Assembly (NCBI GenBank): GCA_049599475.1
Contig: JBMYOQ010000008.1
Location: 1 to 64,000 of the forward strand
Direction: 5' to 3'
Length of the DNA: 64,000 bases
From: Opitutales bacterium
Lineage (GTDB): Bacteria > Verrucomicrobiota > Verrucomicrobiia > Opitutales > JABSRG01
Each line of letters opens with the position of its first letter. Position 1 is the first letter of the stretch. The notes under the pieces were generated by a model. That model saw nothing but the letters and a program-made list of their open reading frames with translations. It did not search any database and had not been told where the DNA came from. Below, piece by piece: positions 19,879 through 30,748 of the stretch. The position numbers and the translations under genes were made by a program.

Positions 19879-20100
19879 TAGCCAGGTACAAGGGAAGGGT
19901 GCTCAAGTTGCGAGCTGAATCTTTGGATAGCCTCGAATCAAAGCTGCAGCTTGATGCGGTTTTTTGGAGTCCTCGAAAATACAAAAAGCACGAAATTTTA
20001 TTTCTTACGAGAGGCGTTCGGTTCTGCCTGCCGAGTTCATAAAATTATTCAGCTGTTATCCGTGCCTTTTATGCATTTCGTGGACGCGAATGCACCAGAT

Positions 20101-21384
20101 TCAGCTCAGGAATGCTGTCCGCAAATCATCGATTTCTTTTTCGCCGATCGACTTTAGGGGCCCGAGGCGTTGTGCGTCGATGAGTGCTTTGGCGCTATAT
20201 TCAAGAACCTCCAGGCGATCGAAGGCTTCGAGCAAACTGGTGCCCACGGTGATCACTGAATCGTTCTCGACAAGGATGACTGGGAATCCGTCTTGGATAA
20301 GTTTGGCGACGTGCTCCGAGTCGTTGTAGAGCGTATCCAGAGAAATCATGGGCGGATCTTGTAGGAGAATCCAGCTCTCGGGAATCGTGCGCGTCTCGAA
20401 CGGAGTCCCTGTCACGCAGAAGGCCATGGCATTGGGCGGAGTCGAGATGATTACGGTGTTGATGTCTGGATTCTTCGCGAAAATCGCCTCGTGCAGCGGG
20501 CAGGAGTCACTGGCTCGTTTGCCGCGCTCCATGAAGCCTTCTTTCACGTATACCAGGTCCTCAATTTCCATGAAAATGCGGTCGGTATACTTGGGACTGA
20601 CGAGAAATCCGCCATCCTCCTGCCTCATCGCGATAATGCCTTCGGTGCTGTTGAACAGGCGTTGCTGGTAGGCGCGGCGGTTGAAGGCCACCATTTGAGT
20701 CCGGTCCTCGAGCTCCTCTTCATTGGGCTCGTGGGCCAAAAGACCGTATTTCAGCTCGGGGCGATCGTATTCGAAGCCATGTCCTGCGATATCGCGGACT
20801 TCGCCGAGAGCCGATGCCTTGATCTGGGTGCGCGCAGAAAAGTCGAGGGATTCAAAAAGCTTAAATGCTCCATCCATGTTGCCTGCTCCTACCACGACCC
20901 CGTGATTTTCTAGGATGACGGTGCGGACATCGGGTGATTTGGCGAACTCTTGGGCGATGCTTTGGCCGAGCTCGTCGCTACCAGGGAGGGCATAGGGTGC
21001 AAAGGCGGGCTCACCGCAGATACGGTGACACTTTGGTGTGATCTTGGTATTCGGCACCGCGCCGATCATTGAAAAGCTGACGAGGCCCGGTGGGTGAGCG
21101 TGGATGATAGCCTTGATGTCCGGGCGCACCTCGTAGATTGCCTTGTGGAATGGAAACTCGCTAGATGGCGGGAGTTCGCCGGCGTAAGTGCCATCGGGCT
21201 CGACGCAGACGATATCGTCGCGAGTGAGCGTGCCCTTATCTTTGCGGCTGGGAGTGATCCAGATGCGACCCTTGCGGTCTAGGATGCTGACGTTTCCACC
21301 AGAAGTGGTGGTCATGGCATTTTGATAAATGCGATTGATGTTCCTCAGGATTTGGTCTCGCGGGTGGAGCGTATTGAGATTCAT
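20101..21384 (-). CDS. Tandem-domain class II aldolase/adducin family protein (fuculose-phosphate aldolase-like)
   Basis: TTSGGNVS, ITPS, PSSEFPFH, IIHAHP, LENHGV in domain 1; second homologous domain follows. Confidence 0.85.
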   Translation of the reverse strand: MNLNTLHPRDQILRNINRIYQNAMTTTSGGNVSILDRKGRIWITPSRKDKGTLTRDDIVCVEPDGTYAGELPPSSEFPFHKAIYEVRPDIKAIIHAHPPGLVSFSMIGAVPNTKITPKCHRICGEPAFAPYALPGSDELGQSIAQEFAKSPDVRTVILENHGVVVGAGNMDGAFKLFESLDFSARTQIKASALGEVRDIAGHGFEYDRPELKYGLLAHEPNEEELEDRTQMVAFNRRAYQQRLFNSTEGIIAMRQEDGGFLVSPKYTDRIFMEIEDLVYVKEGFMERGKRASDSCPLHEAIFAKNPDINTVIISTPPNAMAFCVTGTPFETRTIPESWILLQDPPMISLDTLYNDSEHVAKLIQDGFPVILVENDSVITVGTSLLEAFDRLEVLEYSAKALIDAQRLGPLKSIGEKEIDDLRTAFLS

Positions 21385-21533
21385 AGCTCCTGTATTAATA
21401 TTTACTTATGGAGGTGGTTCAAGAAATAAGTTAAGCTAATTTGGGTGTATTTCGGAATCTCCGATGTTTATTTGGGAAGGGATCTGAAGGAAGGACCGCC
21501 TCGAGGGAGGGATCCGGGGAAAGCGGTAAACGC

Positions 21534-22019
21534 TTAGGAATTGGCGAGACGCTTAATCTGATCCTCAGTCAACCTGAAGGGAAGCCATTCACTCTGTTTG
21601 AACGCTCCAAGCTTCTCGTAGAACTCGTGCGCGGGTGTATTCCAGTCGAGAGCCTGCCATTCCACGCGACCACAGCCGCGCTTGGCCGCGATTTTAACCA
21701 ATTCCATGAGTAGCTGCTTGCCATAGCCTTTTCCGCGGAACTTCTCGAAAACGAACAGATCTTCCAGGTAGATGCCGGGTTTGGCTAGGAAGGTGGAGTA
21801 ATTGTGAAAAAAGAGGCAGAAGCCGACTGGTTTTTGTCCCTCGAAGCCAAGGAGCACTTCAGCATACGCTTTGTCGCCAAAAAGAGTCTCATTGAGGTTC
21901 GCCTCCGTAGCTACGACTTCGTGTGCTAGCTTTTCATACTCAGCCAAACCGCGAATACACGCCAGGATGGTGGGTATGTCGTTCTCGGTCGCTCGGCGAA
22001 TCTTTAGGCATTGGCTCAT
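21534..22019 (-). CDS. GNAT N-acetyltransferase (diamine/spermidine acetyltransferase-like)
   Basis: LAEYEKL, YSTFLAKPGIYLEDLFV, RGKGYGK, LDWNTPA motifs. Confidence 0.88.
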   Translation of the reverse strand: MSQCLKIRRATENDIPTILACIRGLAEYEKLAHEVVATEANLNETLFGDKAYAEVLLGFEGQKPVGFCLFFHNYSTFLAKPGIYLEDLFVFEKFRGKGYGKQLLMELVKIAAKRGCGRVEWQALDWNTPAHEFYEKLGAFKQSEWLPFRLTEDQIKRLANS

Positions 22020-22122
22020 TCAGGCACGCATAGGGGTTCGTAGGACTAATGCAAGCACGCGAATTTTAGTGACCGGCTTCCCAAGGTTGACCTACGCAGA
22101 TTCTGGGCATTCGATTGTGGGC

Positions 22123-22932
22123 ATGTCTGAACCGCTTTCGCTCAACTATCAATATTTTGGCGGCGAGGGAAATCCGCCCCTAGTGATTCTCCATGGCTTG
22201 CTCGGTTCCTCGCGGAATTGGACCAGTGTTGGCCGTGAGTTGGCGAAGGAGTTTGAGGTCTTCGCCCTGGATTTGCGCAATCATGGGCAGTCTCCGCACT
22301 CAGACGAGATGGATTACGCCTTGATGGCGGGCGATGTGAAGCATTTCCTGGACAACAATCAGCTAGAATCCGTGACCTTGGTTGGGCATAGCATGGGTGG
22401 GAAAACGGCGATGCGTCTCGCGGTGGATTCTCCTAAGCATATCAAATCTTTAGTCGTGGTAGATATCTCGCCGAAGCCTTATCCATCGCACAACCTTAGC
22501 GAGTTGGGGACCATGCAGGCACTTCCCTTGGATACCATCAAATCACGCAAGGAGGCCGAGGCTCACTTTGAAGACTTTGGGATTACAGATTGGGCGCATC
22601 GCCAATTTCTCCTGACGAACCTTGTCCGTGATGCGGAGAAAGGCGGTTTCAAATGGCAGGTTAATGTCGCTGGAATCGATCGCAATATGGCGCTAGTTGC
22701 GAATACTCCACTTGCCGCAGACGAACGCTTTGAGGGGCCGACTCTCTTTATCCGCGGAGAGCAATCTGATTTTATGCAGGATGATGATGTATCCAAAATT
22801 CAGGAGCATTTTCCCTATTCCCGAATCGATCTGATTCCAAACGCAGGGCACAATGTGCATGTCGAGAATAAGGTCGGCTTCCTGGAGGCTTTAGCAACAT
22901 TGAAAAATACAGACTGGGGCTGCGAAGTCTGA
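22123..22932 (+). CDS. Alpha/beta hydrolase (YbfF/ABHD11-like esterase)
   Basis: LHGLLGSSRNW, DLRNHGQSPH, GHSMGGK nucleophile elbow, AGHNVH; ATG 22123. Confidence 0.88.
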   Translation: MSEPLSLNYQYFGGEGNPPLVILHGLLGSSRNWTSVGRELAKEFEVFALDLRNHGQSPHSDEMDYALMAGDVKHFLDNNQLESVTLVGHSMGGKTAMRLAVDSPKHIKSLVVVDISPKPYPSHNLSELGTMQALPLDTIKSRKEAEAHFEDFGITDWAHRQFLLTNLVRDAEKGGFKWQVNVAGIDRNMALVANTPLAADERFEGPTLFIRGEQSDFMQDDDVSKIQEHFPYSRIDLIPNAGHNVHVENKVGFLEALATLKNTDWGCEV

Positions 22933-22963
22933 GTCTATTTTCTATAGGGTGGATTCGCATCAA

Positions 22964-24154
22964 CTAGTCCTGGAAGCGTGGGTGCTTCAGTAAGGTGGCG
23001 AACATAGCTGAGGCAATAAGAACCAGTATCGCTCCGCTGACTCCGGCATCTTTCGGTGTGGTTGCAGATAGGAGATAAAACCCGAGGAAGGGTGCCAGAA
23101 CTCCGCGGACGCCGGTGAATGCCGAGTGGATGCTCATATAGCCGGATACGCGCTCGGGTGGGGCCAGCTTGGTGACCCAGAGGGCCCAGGTGATGTGGCC
23201 GCCGCCGATTGCAATGCCGTTGGCGGCCGAAGCAATTCCGATCCAAAGGAGGTTGTCCGTGTAGAAAAACCCAAGGATGCTGATGAAGAAAAACACGTTG
23301 ATTGTAATTCTCACTACAATCAGGTTGAGCTTGTCGAAGACCCAGCCCCAGATCGGAATGGAGATGAATCGAAATATCGAAGGAATCACTACAATGATGG
23401 TCGCGATGGTCGCGTTTGCTGCATTGATGCCATATTCTGGGTTCGCTAAATATTCAGTGCGCAAGGGAAGTGTCATGAGGTTTCCGATACCCATGAACAT
23501 CCATGCAAAGAGCATCAGGCCGAATACTTTATCCCGCCACACCCATTTGAGGTTTACCCATGGATTACCGACGCTCTTGCTATCGAACCCCTGAACCGGT
23601 ATTTTGAAAAAGACAAAACCCGCCATGAAAAATGCGATCATCAAGGCGCAGAGGACCCATGGATAGTATTGTAATTGTGCGTCTAGGATTTTCCCGGAAA
23701 TCAGGGTGAGCACGCCTGCTCCCGCTGCAGCAGCGAGCGATGAACCGGAGAGCCGTTTGCCGCGCTCGGACTTGTCGTAATTATGCGTATAGACCTGAGT
23801 GATGAGCGGAGACATCTGGGCATGGCAGATTCCGGCGATGACGATGCAAATGGTAAATGTTAGAAGGCTGGGAGACAGGGCGGCAAGAGCCATCGAAGCC
23901 GCGCCGACGCCCATCCATCCCCATCCCAAAGCGCCGACTTTGTAGCCGGTTTTGGCTCCCCAGCTGAGGGTCATGGGATTGAGCAAAAGGCCCAGTGGAA
24001 CCGCGGCGGCCATGATAGACTTTGTGACATGCGAACCATCGAAGTGGCGAATAGCAATAATCAGCGCCAAATTGACGAGGCCTTCCTGCACGAAGCCGTG
24101 AAAGGGTGCGCGCATGAGATCGAGGCGAAATGTCTTTTGAGCGAGATTGTCCAT
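22964..24154 (-). CDS. MFS transporter
   Basis: 396 aa, about 12 TM; ERGK and WGWVFDK loop motifs. Confidence 0.8.
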   Translation of the reverse strand: MDNLAQKTFRLDLMRAPFHGFVQEGLVNLALIIAIRHFDGSHVTKSIMAAAVPLGLLLNPMTLSWGAKTGYKVGALGWGWMGVGAASMALAALSPSLLTFTICIVIAGICHAQMSPLITQVYTHNYDKSERGKRLSGSSLAAAAGAGVLTLISGKILDAQLQYYPWVLCALMIAFFMAGFVFFKIPVQGFDSKSVGNPWVNLKWVWRDKVFGLMLFAWMFMGIGNLMTLPLRTEYLANPEYGINAANATIATIIVVIPSIFRFISIPIWGWVFDKLNLIVVRITINVFFFISILGFFYTDNLLWIGIASAANGIAIGGGHITWALWVTKLAPPERVSGYMSIHSAFTGVRGVLAPFLGFYLLSATTPKDAGVSGAILVLIASAMFATLLKHPRFQD

Positions 24155-24317
24155 TTTGATTAGAAAGTGCGGGTACCTGGGTAAAAGGGTCCAGGCTAAT
24201 CGTATAGATACGATAAATGTCCTGTAACTTTCTCAAGCTGAGTAGGTTGTGCGTTTGAGTTCGCATTTAGCTTTGATTAAATGTGAGTTTACCCATCTCG
24301 CTTGACCCTTCCCTCTA

Positions 24318-26810
24318 ATGAAATCCCTACTCTTTCGAAGCCTCCTTCTCGGGGCGATCTCACACTGCCATTGGTTGATTGCTGCGGAGCCCGTTGAAAA
24401 CAAAACGCAGTCGCCTGAAATACAATCAGAGGGAGCGGTGGAGTATTTGGAGCCGGTCAAAACGCAGGCAGTGTTGTCTGACACGATGCTCAACCAGAAG
24501 GCGCAGCTAGAAGCCGAGGCGTTGAAAAACATAGTTTCGGGAGAAAAACTAAGAAACATAAACGATGTTGACGCCGCTGACGTCTTGAACCGAGTCCCAG
24601 GCGTCTCGGTGAATGTGGTTGATGGCGTGGCGTCCGGAGTCGTTGTGCGTGGCGTGCAGCCAGATTTGAATAAAATCACGGTGGATGGCCAGAATTTGGG
24701 CGGCAGACGTGGGCGCGGATCTGGGGCACTGAATCAGATAGCTCCAGAGTTTTTGGAAAGTATCGAAGTCACCAAGGCGCCCACTCCGGATATGGATGCT
24801 GATGCGATCGGAGGCACGGTAAACTTCAATACGGTGAGTGCTGCGAATTTTGAGGAGCCTGTTTTTGCGGGACGGGTTTCAAGCTCATACGATGACGCGA
24901 GTGGACTCTGGTCGCATAATGCAAATGTCAGCTATGGTCAGGCCTTCGACACCACGCGTCCCTCGGGCATGCTCTTATCCGTCAATGTGCAGGACCGATC
25001 TTTTGAGCAAAATCGCTATGGTTTCCGTGGCTCATGGTCGCCGGATCCTTCAGGGTTTGAAACCTCCATCTACGAGCGTAATAGCCAGGGCGTGGGCCTC
25101 TCGGGTAATTATGATATCCAGCTTTCCGATGAAACGCGCTTGTTCCTGAAAGTGACTGGAAATCGATCTAACCGCCAATTCGAGCGGACACGTTTTGTGG
25201 CTGAGTTTCGCGACGGGCCCGATGATCTGAACCAAAATGGCTTCGAGGTTGATCGTGATATCACGACGGCCAGCGGGGTCGTCGGGCTGGAATATACGAA
25301 TGACCTCTGGGAAATCGACGCGAGCTTCGGGGCTGCGTTGGAGCAAGAGGAGTCGAATAATCAAACTTCGGCGGCGTTTGCCACGGCTCGTATTTTTGAC
25401 GTGAGCTACGATGTGAGTGGCGACCCTCTCGTCCCTGAGATTACCATCGCTGGTGTCGATGAAAACGACACCGAATTGTATACCTATCGGCGCGTTGCCG
25501 AGATCGAGCAGACTGAGGATGATTCGGAATGGGTGGCTGAGATAAACGCGCGTCGAAAGTTTGAATTATCTTTTGGCGATTTCTCGATGAAAACCGGAGC
25601 TAAACTCTTGGATCGCACGGCTGAATCCAATGAAGACCGTTTGCAGTATAATTGGAATGGTGCCGGAGATCTCACCTTGACCGAGTTTGCGGACCCCTCG
25701 GGCGAGACGTTGAATGGATATGGCTTTGGTCCGGGAATGGACACCTTGAGTATCGCGCGTTATCGTCAGGAGAATCCTGATCTCTTCACGGTGAATGAAT
25801 CGCGCTCTGTTTTGGCGAGCTTTGGTGAGGACTATGATGTGAATGAAAAAATATGGGCGGCCTACGGGATGGCCACGCTCGAGCATGGACCCTTTCGCTG
25901 GATTGCGGGGCTGCGCATGGAGTATACGGAAACTGTGGCCTCTGGATTCACCATCGATGAAAACACATTGGACGTCACTCCGGTCACTGTGAATCGAGAC
26001 TACACAAACTGGCTCCCTGGCCTCCATGGGCGTTACATGCCCAATGCTAATTTTGCTGTCCGCGCATCGGCGACCAAGACCGTGGCCCGCCCAGGATTTC
26101 GCGATATCAGTCCGTATCGCAACATCGATGAAAACGATCGCGAAATCAATTCGGGCAACCCTGACCTGCTTCCTTACGAGTCTGATAATCTCGATCTCAC
26201 CTTCGACTTCCTTGTCCCCAAATTAGGTGCTTTTCAGGCCGGTGTTTTTTATAAGGAAATAGACAATTTTATCGTCGATCAGACGCGTGAGGTGATTTTC
26301 GAAGGCGAAGTTTACGAAGAAGAACTTGAGGTCAATGGGGATGTCGCCGAGCTCGTGGGATTCGAAATTGCCTGGCAAAATGAATTTACCTGGTTGCCGG
26401 CGCCTTTCGATGCTCTGGAGACCGATGTTAGCTACATTTGGACGAGTTCCGAGGCTACCTTATTGGATCCCGCGCGCCCTGAAACGGTGGGTATGCCGGA
26501 CCAAGCAGAACATACATTCAAGGCCTCGTTAGGGTATTCTATCGAGCAATGGAAATTTGATATTACTTTTGACTACCGCAGCCATCGTCTCGACGAGCTG
26601 GTGCGCTCAGGTATTGACCAATTCGACAGTGAAGAGCTCAGCCTCGATTTCGGAGCCAGCTATACATTCAGTGAGTCATGGTCGTTAAACCTAGGAATTC
26701 GAAACGCGACGGCGTTTGATCGCTACACCTATTTTGGTGACGAAAGCCGATTGGGTCGCACTTGGGAGAGCAGTTGGTCGGGTAGCATCGGCCTTAGGTG
26801 GAAGCTCTAG
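24318..26810 (+). CDS. TonB-dependent outer-membrane receptor
   Basis: Signal peptide, ADVLNRVPGVSV, VRG, IEVTKAPTPDMDADAIGGTVN plug motif, GNPDL.P, C-terminal beta strand GLRWKL. Confidence 0.9.
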   Translation: MKSLLFRSLLLGAISHCHWLIAAEPVENKTQSPEIQSEGAVEYLEPVKTQAVLSDTMLNQKAQLEAEALKNIVSGEKLRNINDVDAADVLNRVPGVSVNVVDGVASGVVVRGVQPDLNKITVDGQNLGGRRGRGSGALNQIAPEFLESIEVTKAPTPDMDADAIGGTVNFNTVSAANFEEPVFAGRVSSSYDDASGLWSHNANVSYGQAFDTTRPSGMLLSVNVQDRSFEQNRYGFRGSWSPDPSGFETSIYERNSQGVGLSGNYDIQLSDETRLFLKVTGNRSNRQFERTRFVAEFRDGPDDLNQNGFEVDRDITTASGVVGLEYTNDLWEIDASFGAALEQEESNNQTSAAFATARIFDVSYDVSGDPLVPEITIAGVDENDTELYTYRRVAEIEQTEDDSEWVAEINARRKFELSFGDFSMKTGAKLLDRTAESNEDRLQYNWNGAGDLTLTEFADPSGETLNGYGFGPGMDTLSIARYRQENPDLFTVNESRSVLASFGEDYDVNEKIWAAYGMATLEHGPFRWIAGLRMEYTETVASGFTIDENTLDVTPVTVNRDYTNWLPGLHGRYMPNANFAVRASATKTVARPGFRDISPYRNIDENDREINSGNPDLLPYESDNLDLTFDFLVPKLGAFQAGVFYKEIDNFIVDQTREVIFEGEVYEEELEVNGDVAELVGFEIAWQNEFTWLPAPFDALETDVSYIWTSSEATLLDPARPETVGMPDQAEHTFKASLGYSIEQWKFDITFDYRSHRLDELVRSGIDQFDSEELSLDFGASYTFSESWSLNLGIRNATAFDRYTYFGDESRLGRTWESSWSGSIGLRWKL

Positions 26811-26923
26811 GGGTGACCTGGGCCAGATAACCGCATAGGCGAAACCCCAAATCGCATTTCCCGAAGCCTAAGTATTGTCATGTGGGGCTGCCCCTGCTTG
26901 GCTCTTCGTTTCATTTGACGGCT

Positions 26924-29900
26924 ATGGCAGTATTTCGAGTATTTGTAGAGAAGAAGAAAGCATATGCGCATGAGGCTCAGAGCCTCTTGAGTGAGTTTTG
27001 TAAGGTGCTGGGATTAAGTGCTTTGGAGAATGTGCGTGTCTTGCAGCGTTACGATGTTGAGGGAGTTTCTGCAGAGCTAATGGCTCGGGCGACGCAGGAT
27101 GTTTTCGGAGAGTTGCCAGTAGATGAGATTTCCGAAACCTTTGCGTGTGAGGCTGGCGATCACGTATTCGCAGTATCCTTTTTACCGGGTCAGTTTGACC
27201 AGCGCGCAGATTCTGCCGTGCAGTGCCTACAGCTTCTCGACCCATCTGTGCAGCCGCGTGTGAATTCGGCTAAGATTTATGTGGTCTCTGGCGAAGGCCT
27301 TACCGAGGCAGATATCGAGCAGATCAAAGGTTGGGTGATCAATCCAGTTGAGTCCCACGAGGTCTCTCTTGAAATGCCGGAATCTTTGCAAATAGCCATC
27401 TCTGACCCGGAGCCGGTGAAGGCGCTTGAAGGCTTTGTTTCGAGAAGCCTCGGCGAACTCGAATCGATGTGCCAGGGACTCGGTCTCGCGATGACTTCTG
27501 AGGATTTGGCCTTCTGCCAAAAGTATTTTAGGGACGAAGAGCAACGCGACCCTACCATCACAGAGATCAAGCTATTGGATACCTATTGGTCCGATCACTG
27601 CCGTCACACGACGTTTCTCACCGAGCTGACTTCTGTGGACATTGAGGACCCAGAGATCGCGGCTTCCTATGAGCGCTATTTGAAGCTTCGCGACGAAGTC
27701 TACGGCCCGGAAACCACGCGCCCGGTTTGTCTCATGGATCTTGCCTTGATTGGCATGAAGGCCCTCAAAAAGCGGGGTGTATTGGATAACCTCGAGGAGT
27801 CCGAAGAGATCAATGCGGCGAGTATACGTGTGAAGGTGAAGACCGAGTCTGGGGAAGAGCCTTGGCTCATTATGTTTAAGAACGAAACCCACAATCACCC
27901 GACTGAGATCGAGCCATTTGGGGGTGCAGCGACCTGTTTGGGTGGTGCAATTCGTGATCCCTTGTCGGGCCGCTCGTATGTGTATCAGGCGATGCGCATA
28001 ACGGGTGCTTCAGATCCTTTGAAATCCGTCAGTGAGACGCGTCCAGGGAAGCTGCCCCAGCGTCAAATTACTCAAGGTGCAGCAGCCGGTTATTCTTCTT
28101 ACGGTAACCAAATTGGTCTAGCGACTGGCTTGGTGCATGAGCATTTTCACCCTGGGTACGAAGCCAAGCGCATGGAGGTCGGAGCGGTGATTGCGGCAGC
28201 TCCAGAGCCTTGGGTGCGCCGAGACTCACCGGCTCCCGGAGATTGGATTGTGTTGTGCGGTGGACGCACGGGACGCGACGGTATTGGGGGCGCGACGGGT
28301 TCCTCGAAAGCGCATACGGAGACTGCTTTGGAAAATGCTGCTGAAGTGCAAAAGGGAAATGCGCCGACCGAGCGTATGCTGCAACGCCTGTTCAGAAACC
28401 CGGAAGTCACGAAACTAGTTAAAAAATGCAATGATTTCGGTGCAGGTGGAATCTCCGTGGCGATTGGAGAATTGGCCGACGGTCTTGAGGTCGATCTGGA
28501 TATCGTACCGAAGAAATATGAAGGTCTCGATGGGACTGAGCTGGCGCTCTCAGAATCCCAGGAGCGCATGGCTGTCGTGATCGCGAAGGAGGATTGGGAC
28601 GCGTTTGCACAAGCTGCTGATGCGGAAAATCTGGAAGCGGTCCACGTGGCCACAGTCACCGAAGAAAAGCGTTTGCGCATGCGTTGGCGTGATCAAGTAT
28701 TGGTGGATATTAGCCGGGAATTTCTGGACTCTAATGGGGTGCGTCAGCAATCGCAGGCGAAGATCGGAACGGCGCGCTCACCTTTTGCAGGTGTTGCCGA
28801 GCCCGGAAGCGGCTCAATCTTTGAGCGCCTAAAATCGACGTTGTCTGATCTGAATTCCTGCTCGCAGGAAGGCCTTGCAGATCGATTCGATAGCACGATC
28901 GGTGCAGGCTCAGTGTTGCATCCATTTGGAGGCAAATACCAAGTGACTCCGGAGCACACGATGGCGGCGAAGGTGCCCTCGTTGTCGGGCGATACGCACA
29001 CGGCGACCTTGATGAGCTGGGGTTTTGATCCAGAATTTTCGAAAGCGAGTCCCTATCACGGCGCTTATTTTGCCGTCCTTGAATCGGTGAGCCGAATCGT
29101 AGCTTCAGGGGGTGATCCAGACTCTATCAGAACTTCGTGTCAGGAATATTTCCAGCGGCTCGGCAATGATCCAGAAAACTGGGGCTTACCGGCCGCTGCA
29201 TTGCTCGGAGCTCTCGATGCCCAGATGGACTATGCTGCGCCGTCGATTGGAGGTAAGGACAGTATGTCGGGCTCCTTCCAAGATCTGCATGTGCCGCCGA
29301 CCCTGATTTCCTTTGCTGTTGGGATCGCGGATGCAGCATCCGTTGTTTCCGGTACACTCGCGGAGGAGAGTGGAGTCTTATATCTTCTGGAGGTGCCAAA
29401 GCTGGCAAATGGTCTCCCTGAAATTGATGCTCAGCAAGCAGCCTTGAAAGGACTCTATCAGGCGATTGGGCGGGGCGAGGTGCTCGCGGCTCGGTCTATT
29501 GAGAAGTCGGGAGTCGCGGCCACTGTGGCGGTTGCGGCTTTTGGAAACGGCATTGGTGTTAAGCTCAAGCTAGATCCTTCTCGGGCTTTTGAGACGATAC
29601 CCGGAGCGATAATGGTGCAGACCTCTGGACTGAATGAGGAATTGGAGGGTGTCGGATTTACTAAGATTGGTGCGACCCAGGCTGAAGCTGTTTTTGAAAT
29701 CGGAAACGAGTCCGTCTCTTTGAGCGAACTCCATGAACCTTGGTCGTCGACCCTGGACCCCATCTTCTCGAAGACTCCCGGAGTTGAAGAAGAGTCGGCC
29801 ATTGAAACTCCGCCTGCCGTCGAGAAAGCGCTTATTAAACGGTCCCTACCCTCGATTGCGCGTCCGCGTGTGCTCATACCGACCTTTCCGGGAACCAATT

Positions 29901-30658
29901 GCGAATACGATTCGGCTGCTGCTTTCCGAAAGGCGGGAGCAGACGCAGATATTTTTGTTTTCCGAAATTATACACCGACTGCTCTCAATGAATCGATCGA
30001 GGAGCTTGCGCGTCGTATCGAGAAGGCCCAGATGATCATGTTTCCTGGCGGGTTTAGCGCTGGGGATGAGCCAGACGGATCGGCCAAGTTTATCACAGCC
30101 ATTTTCCGCAATGAGCGAATCAGCGCCGCGACCATGCAGTTGCTTCAGGAACGCGATGGATTGGCTCTTGGGATATGCAATGGCTTCCAGGCTCTGATTA
30201 AGCTCGGCCTGGTTCCTTTTGGCGAGATCCGGCCAAATGTAGAGGCCTCGCCCACCTTGACCTTTAATACCATTGGGCGCCACATATCGCGCTATTGCAC
30301 GACGCGTATTGCTTCGATAAATTCTCCGTGGTTGGCCGGAGTTGAAATCGATGACGAGCACGCAATTCCGTTTTCCCATGGAGAAGGTCGCATTGTAGGT
30401 CCCGAGTCGGTGCTGGCGGAGCTGGCATCAAATGGGCAAATCGCAACGCAGTATGTTGACAGTGCGGGCAGTCCGACAATGGCTTATCCTGAGAACCCCA
30501 ATGGCTCCATGTGGGCCATCGAAGGGCTCCTGAGTCCGGATGGTCGGGTCTTCGGAAAAATGGGCCACTCTGAACGCCTTGGGCCCAATGTCGGTAAGAA
30601 TATACCCGGCGAGAAAGACCAGCAGCTCTTCCATTCTGGGGTCCAGTATTTCGGATAG
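26924..30658 (+). CDS. purL: Phosphoribosylformylglycinamidine synthase, large single-chain form
   Basis: YWSDHCRH, KNETHNHPTEIEPFGGAAT, DFGAGG, SESQERM, GGKDSMS, PGTNC, GICNGFQ, SHGEG, MGHSER. Confidence 0.95.
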   Translation: MAVFRVFVEKKKAYAHEAQSLLSEFCKVLGLSALENVRVLQRYDVEGVSAELMARATQDVFGELPVDEISETFACEAGDHVFAVSFLPGQFDQRADSAVQCLQLLDPSVQPRVNSAKIYVVSGEGLTEADIEQIKGWVINPVESHEVSLEMPESLQIAISDPEPVKALEGFVSRSLGELESMCQGLGLAMTSEDLAFCQKYFRDEEQRDPTITEIKLLDTYWSDHCRHTTFLTELTSVDIEDPEIAASYERYLKLRDEVYGPETTRPVCLMDLALIGMKALKKRGVLDNLEESEEINAASIRVKVKTESGEEPWLIMFKNETHNHPTEIEPFGGAATCLGGAIRDPLSGRSYVYQAMRITGASDPLKSVSETRPGKLPQRQITQGAAAGYSSYGNQIGLATGLVHEHFHPGYEAKRMEVGAVIAAAPEPWVRRDSPAPGDWIVLCGGRTGRDGIGGATGSSKAHTETALENAAEVQKGNAPTERMLQRLFRNPEVTKLVKKCNDFGAGGISVAIGELADGLEVDLDIVPKKYEGLDGTELALSESQERMAVVIAKEDWDAFAQAADAENLEAVHVATVTEEKRLRMRWRDQVLVDISREFLDSNGVRQQSQAKIGTARSPFAGVAEPGSGSIFERLKSTLSDLNSCSQEGLADRFDSTIGAGSVLHPFGGKYQVTPEHTMAAKVPSLSGDTHTATLMSWGFDPEFSKASPYHGAYFAVLESVSRIVASGGDPDSIRTSCQEYFQRLGNDPENWGLPAAALLGALDAQMDYAAPSIGGKDSMSGSFQDLHVPPTLISFAVGIADAASVVSGTLAEESGVLYLLEVPKLANGLPEIDAQQAALKGLYQAIGRGEVLAARSIEKSGVAATVAVAAFGNGIGVKLKLDPSRAFETIPGAIMVQTSGLNEELEGVGFTKIGATQAEAVFEIGNESVSLSELHEPWSSTLDPIFSKTPGVEEESAIETPPAVEKALIKRSLPSIARPRVLIPTFPGTNCEYDSAAAFRKAGADADIFVFRNYTPTALNESIEELARRIEKAQMIMFPGGFSAGDEPDGSAKFITAIFRNERISAATMQLLQERDGLALGICNGFQALIKLGLVPFGEIRPNVEASPTLTFNTIGRHISRYCTTRIASINSPWLAGVEIDDEHAIPFSHGEGRIVGPESVLAELASNGQIATQYVDSAGSPTMAYPENPNGSMWAIEGLLSPDGRVFGKMGHSERLGPNVGKNIPGEKDQQLFHSGVQYFG

Positions 30659-30748
30659 TGCTGTTTTTCGCTCTCGGAGCGGCCTCATGGAGTAAAGATC
30701 TAACTGTTTTGAGCGAATTGTGAGGGTGAACCCTGATTTTACCCCTGC

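Noticed and set aside
21871..22122. 84-aa N-terminal extension of the alpha/beta hydrolase
   Set aside because: Overlaps the divergent GNAT gene; homology begins at ATG 22123
26811..26923. Possible purine-related riboswitch (ZTP or PRPP/ykkC) upstream of purL
   Set aside because: Only fragments (CTAGGG, CCTGGGC) are present, in the wrong order and without the conserved cores
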